Assembly (NCBI GenBank): GCA_964019425.1
Contig: OZ025780.1
Location: 1,550,001 to 1,614,000, forward strand
Origin: Flectonema sp. DT1601
Lineage: Eukaryota
DNA length: 64,000 nucleotides
Direction: 5' to 3'
Below, piece by piece: positions 59,038 through 64,000 of this stretch; positions within the stretch are counted from its first letter, which is position 1, and every line of letters starts with the position of its first letter. Position numbers and translations under genes: made by a program. The notes under the pieces were generated by a model. That model was not told where the DNA came from. It did no database searches and worked only from the letters and a program-made list of their open reading frames with translations.

Positions 59038-61524
59038 TTATTCTTTTTTCCCTTTTCTCTCTTTTTCTCTTTTCTTAAAATATTGATGTTTTCTTTCCGT
59101 AGAATGAAAAAAAATAAACGATTCAAATAAAGGAGAAGTGACTTTTTCTTTTCATTCTTTTATTTGAAATTAAGAAACCTAATCATGTCGACGAAGTTAG
59201 GCCAATCATCTGAGTTGACGTGATTCTTGAAAAAAAATAGTTTAATGTCGTTGGCGTTGCAAAACGTAGGCCGATATTTCTTTTTTTTTTATACCATATT
59301 GACGTTTTTTCGTTTTATTTTCGTTCTCTGATATATTCATTGTCTGTGTGCTGCTAATGTTAATCTGGTTAACGTTTCCTGAACTAGTTTCAGTTCACTG
59401 ACATCCGCAGACTTATCGAGTCTCAGCAATATTTCAGTTGTTGGAGATTTATTTCTTTTTTTGGTGTTTATCCAAGTCCCCCCTCTATTAGTATCAAGTT
59501 ACCCCGCCTTTTATTCTTCTAAACGTAGCTTTTCTTTAATTACCAACTACAGTTTTCAGATAACTGGATATTGGTTTCGTATTAAAGTTAGAAACAATCT
59601 ACGTGTGCTCCACTGATAGTGTGATCCGAACCAGTAAATAGTAACAACCATTACTTTTACTTTGGTTGTTTCGTATCGTATTTAATTACTCCCTTTCTGT
59701 TTTTAAAATCTCGTCACTTGTGTCATGAACTTTTTAATTTTATTATTGAGTTCTGATACAATACAGAGATTTATATTCGTATGAAGTAGTTTATCCCCCT
59801 TTTTTAAAATCTCTCTTTTGATTACGTGGGTCAATTTCAAAGTTGCACAATGTGTTGTTGTTTTTGTTTAGTGAGCATCAGGAATTATTCTTCGTTTTCA
59901 CCCTCTTCCCCATATTCAAAAGCATCATATGTGAGGTTTTTTTAAAAAAGACCCTGTCTCTCATTCCTTTCTCTCTCTTTTTTTATCTCTTCTCTTCTAC
60001 TCTCGATTGTCTTCAGTTTCACGGGAAGTGACAACAGAAGGATGAGGATGATAAAAGTTGGGAATAAATACCATTTATTCCCCGAGTTCGAATTCAATGA
60101 AGAGATTAAAAAAGAAGAGTGAAATTCTACGTAAGCAAACACACGGAACCCATTCCAAATACTCAGAATCTATCCGAACCAGTAAATGGTATTTTACCTT
60201 TACTCTTTACTTTGGTTGCACAGTCATCGTTTGATTTTCGTTTGATTGACTGATAAATTATTATTTCCAACAATTTATTTGTTAGGTTTTCCTTTACAAT
60301 TTATTTAATATTTATAACATCATACTTTTGTGAAAAAAAAAAGGAAATGATTTCTAAGTTTGTTTGGTTATTTAGGTTTGCTGGTAACGATCTTATCTGT
60401 TACCCTGTTGAACTTTTAATCAATTTTTGGCTCCTAGGCCTCGTAAATAAAAAAAAGAATTGGCTTTATCTTAAACTATACAGAAAATAGTAATATAACA
60501 CTGTGATGTTTTTGTTTGTGCACGAAACCGTAAACCAACTTAAACTGAAAAAGCTAAAAGGAGGTTTACGTGTGTACTGCCCAACATTCTTTTTCGTTCT
60601 TACATTACTTGTTAAATCGAAAAAGATATTTTAATTTTTAGCCAAAGATTTCGGAAACTTAACTGGCCATCGATAACCATTAGTGAGAGGTCACTTTTTT
60701 TTTTGTTTCTCTCTTTTTATTCGCTCATCAGATTCCACATCACGCAAGGGATTGTTAGTTATCGGGTTTGAATTTGTTTTTATTTTTTTTTTGCTTCACC
60801 GAACTGAGTGTTTTTGTTGTCAACTTGCAAAAGAGCCAACGAAGGAAAACGGTGAATTCTATTCTTAATGAAAAATCAATTAAGTTACCTCCGATCACTG
60901 TCTACTTTATTATTTTTATTAATTTGTTGGTAACTCTCTTGAGATAAGTCTCTTTGTGTGTTAGATGAAGCAACTGAAATAATTTAATACGTAACAGTAT
61001 TAATCCTTATTCTTATAAATAAATAACATAAAGTTCCTGATGTTGTTATTCTCCTTCCTTTTGCTCAATTTAATATAAAATATACCTCAGCTTGTTATCG
61101 ACGTTTTCTTCTCCCCTTTTATAGACTTTAGTCAACTGTATCTTAACTATCGTTTATGTTAGTTAACTCTGGAACAATTCAGATATTAAATTATAAAATA
61201 AGTTGACCTTGACTTGTTATCGAAGTGGGAAAGTCAGCATAGTCTCGCGACGTGTGCTCCACTGACCCTTTAAGTTTAATTACAGTATCAAGTTGCCTCT
61301 ATCTCTTTACTGTTATTTAGGATTACCTATATCAGTCTTTGTACTGTAGTGATGTTCACCTTAGTAGTAATATACACATCTCTTCACAAACAGGAATACA
61401 AGGTATCGCATGATAGATGATCGTCTTTTGTTTAATAGTTGTCACAGTTCAGAAATTCATCACTTTCCATCTTCTCTGTAGTTTAGTTTTTAAAACTTTC
61501 CAAAACTTTCTAAAACTTTTTAAT

Positions 61525-61992
61525 ATGTCCACCGAAAAGAGTGCGATCAACACCCAGGAGTACCAGGGATACCAAGAGCATGTTTATCCAGCTCCTGTAG
61601 GAGGACAGCCAGTTGGTCAGACTGTAGTCGTTGTTGAGGAGAGAGATGATTTTGTATCTGCCTGCATGGGAACAGGCTTTTGTGGTCTGACGGGACTTTG
61701 TTTCTTTGCATGTTGCTGCAACACTCCAACGGGTAGAGTTGGTGCTGCTACTGGATGCATTATCAATGGTGGTATTGCTTTTATTTTGTACCTCGTTTTG
61801 TTGATTATCTACGAGAAGGACTGTGACGACAGTGGATCTGATAGTGGAGTTTGCAAACTGCCGATGATGAAATCCCTTGGCATCCTTATTGCTTATGTTG
61901 TCGTTGCCGCCGTCATCATCGTTGCAGCCATCATATTTCGTAAAAAGTACATTAGAGAACTCCAACAAAGACAGAACGGAATGATTGTCTGA
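61525..61992 (+). CDS. Small Cys-rich membrane protein, tandem copy 5
   Basis: Close paralogue of copies 1 and 4. Confidence 0.85.
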   Translation: MSTEKSAINTQEYQGYQEHVYPAPVGGQPVGQTVVVVEERDDFVSACMGTGFCGLTGLCFFACCCNTPTGRVGAATGCIINGGIAFILYLVLLIIYEKDCDDSGSDSGVCKLPMMKSLGILIAYVVVAAVIIVAAIIFRKKYIRELQQRQNGMIV

Positions 61993-62769
61993 TTATTCTT
62001 TTTCTCTCTTTTCTATCTTTTTCTCTTCTGTTAAACTATTCAATTGCAAAACATAGGACGATATCTTTCAGTTCACTGACATCCGCAGACTTATCGAGTC
62101 TCAGCAATATTTCAGTTGTTGGAGATTTATTTCTTTTTTGGTGTTTATCCAAGTCCCCCCTCTATTAGTATCAAGTTACCCCTCGCCTTTAATTCTTCTA
62201 AACGTAGCTTTTCTTTAATTACCAACTACAGTTTTCAGATAACTGGATATTGGTTTCGTATTAAAGTTAGAAACATTCTACGTGTGCTTCACTGATAGTG
62301 TGATCCGAACCAGTAAATAGTAATAACCATTACTTTTACTTTGGTTGTTTCGTATCGTATTTAATTTCCCCACCTCTTTTTTTCTTTGATTAACAATTGC
62401 AAATATTTGTCGAATTCAATAAAGAGATTAAAAAAGAAGAGTGAAATTCTACGTAAACAAATACACGGAACCCATTGCAAATACTCAGAACTGTACGGCA
62501 AGTGAGTGCCTTGTTCTCTAATCTTATTTCCTTCTCGGATGGAAACAGTGATGGAATCCGACGACTTGGGGATAAACGTTCAGGCGTGTAACTGTTTTGT
62601 TGAAACTCATCATATTTATTATTTATTAGTTTGTGATTTCGTTATAACATAAAGGAAATAATTGTTTCCTTTTTGTTCTCTACTTGTGGTTGTCTAATTT
62701 TAGTTTAATTTTGTCTTTCTTATCATTACTTTATTTCTTATTTTCTGATTGTGTGTTCTCCCTCTCTTT

Positions 62770-62855
62770 GACCAAAATTGGCGTTATCAGCCGTCACTAA
62801 TACGTGAGGGAGTTGGGTTAAGGTAGTCATTTGTTTCAGGTTCTACGTCTCTTTC
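62770..62855 (+). repeat. Dispersed repeat shared with 27182-27275
   Basis: tggcgttatcagccgtc.ctaa...tgggtt.aggtagtcatttgtt.caggtt..ctacgtctc occurs at both sites. Confidence 0.7.
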
Positions 62856-64000
62856 CCCGTTGGTGTCACGTCGGTCGGAAACTGGTCCGACACAATCCCT
62901 GCCCGCGGAAGTTATCTGCATGAATTCACAGTGTAGATATTTCTTTGTGGATTTCCCTCCTCTCAATCAAATTGCCCCTCTTGTTCCTTTGAGCGATAAT
63001 TCGATTCACTCTCCTTCAAGGGACCTTTTCTTCGATTTACAACTCCAAATATATTTTCCCCAGTTAACTTGAAGTTAATTTTGTATTGATTTTGAGAACA
63101 TTAATTATGATGTAAATTCCTTTATGTCGTCCAGATTTCGAAAACTTAACTGGCCATCGATAACCATTGGAGAGGTCACTTTTGTTTTTGTTTTGTTTTT
63201 GTTTCTCGCTTGTTATTCGCTCATCAGATTCCACATCACGCAGGGGATTGTTAGTTATTGGGTTTGGATTTTTTTTTATTTTTTTTTTTTGCTTCACCAG
63301 ACTGAGCGTTTTCGTGTCAACTTGCAAAAGAGAGTTACCTCCGATCACTGTCTACTTTATTATTTTTATTAATTTGTTGGTAACTCTCTTGAGATAAGTC
63401 TCTTTGTGTGTTAGATGAAGCAACCGAAATAATTTAATACGTAACAGTATTAATCCTTATTCTTATAAATAAATAACATAAAGTTCCTGATGTTGTTATT
63501 CTCCTTCCTTTTGCTCAATTTAATATAAAATATACCTCAGCTTGTTATCGACGTGTTCTTCTCCCCTTTTAGAGACTTTAGTCAATTGTGTCTTAACTAT
63601 CGTTTATGTTAGTTAACTCTGGAACAATACAGATATTTATTTCTTCGTAAATATATTCAAACATCACAATCCCTCCTCCAGCTTTATCTTAAACTATACA
63701 AAAAATAGTAATATAACACTGTTATGTTTTTGTTTGTGCACGGCTTTCTCCATTCTTATGGGTGAGCTAGTCGGATTTTTTAGCCTTGGCTGTCGTTGTT
63801 TCGCTCAGTTGTGATCTTGTCTTTCCTTGAACTCTCCCTATCTCTCTCTCTAATTAGTTCCCTTCTTTCTGAGGAACCGCCACCTTTCATCAACATGATG
63901 AAACTCGTTGTTTGTACCGCCTATTGGAGGTACTATATTTCCCAACAATCCATGCCGAGTCTTCGGAAACGGCTACGGATTGGGTCCTCTGTTACTTTGA

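Noticed and set aside
63200..63240. Hammerhead-like CTGATGA...GAAAC on the minus strand of the spacer repeat (also CTGATGA at ~12942 and ~35591)
   Set aside because: Stems I-III cannot be formed and the core spacing is wrong.

Overview
AT-rich eukaryotic nuclear DNA, most likely from a euglenozoan protist (diplonemid-like; inferred, not proven). There are two zones. (1) 1-14.4 kb is a nested transposon cluster: a foldback-type repeat family, a young-looking Sola-like DDD transposon (27-bp TIRs, ATAT TSD, transposase split over two overlapping frames), a Mutator-like non-autonomous element (9-bp TSD) whose cargo is a tRNA-like Pol III unit plus a scrambled patchwork of LSU rRNA pieces, a minisatellite enclosed by ~440-bp inverted arms, a TA-flanked MITE and decayed non-LTR retrotransposon fragments. 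(2) 14.5-62 kb is an unbroken run of 16 plus-strand protein genes: CFAP47-like, stand-alone SPX, RRM protein, propeller/coiled-coil protein, membrane protein, RPL35, Ubl-LRR, cathepsin L-like protease, two hypotheticals, a CNBD-containing K+ channel and five tandem copies of a small Cys-rich membrane protein. I reconstructed 12 GT-AG introns by hand. They have A/C-rich rather than pyrimidine-rich 3' ends, whereas the AGs just upstream of start codons have ordinary pyrimidine tracts. The most novel-looking items are the rRNA/tRNA-carrying Mutator-like element and this two-class splice-acceptor architecture. All family assignments come from motif recognition without database searches.
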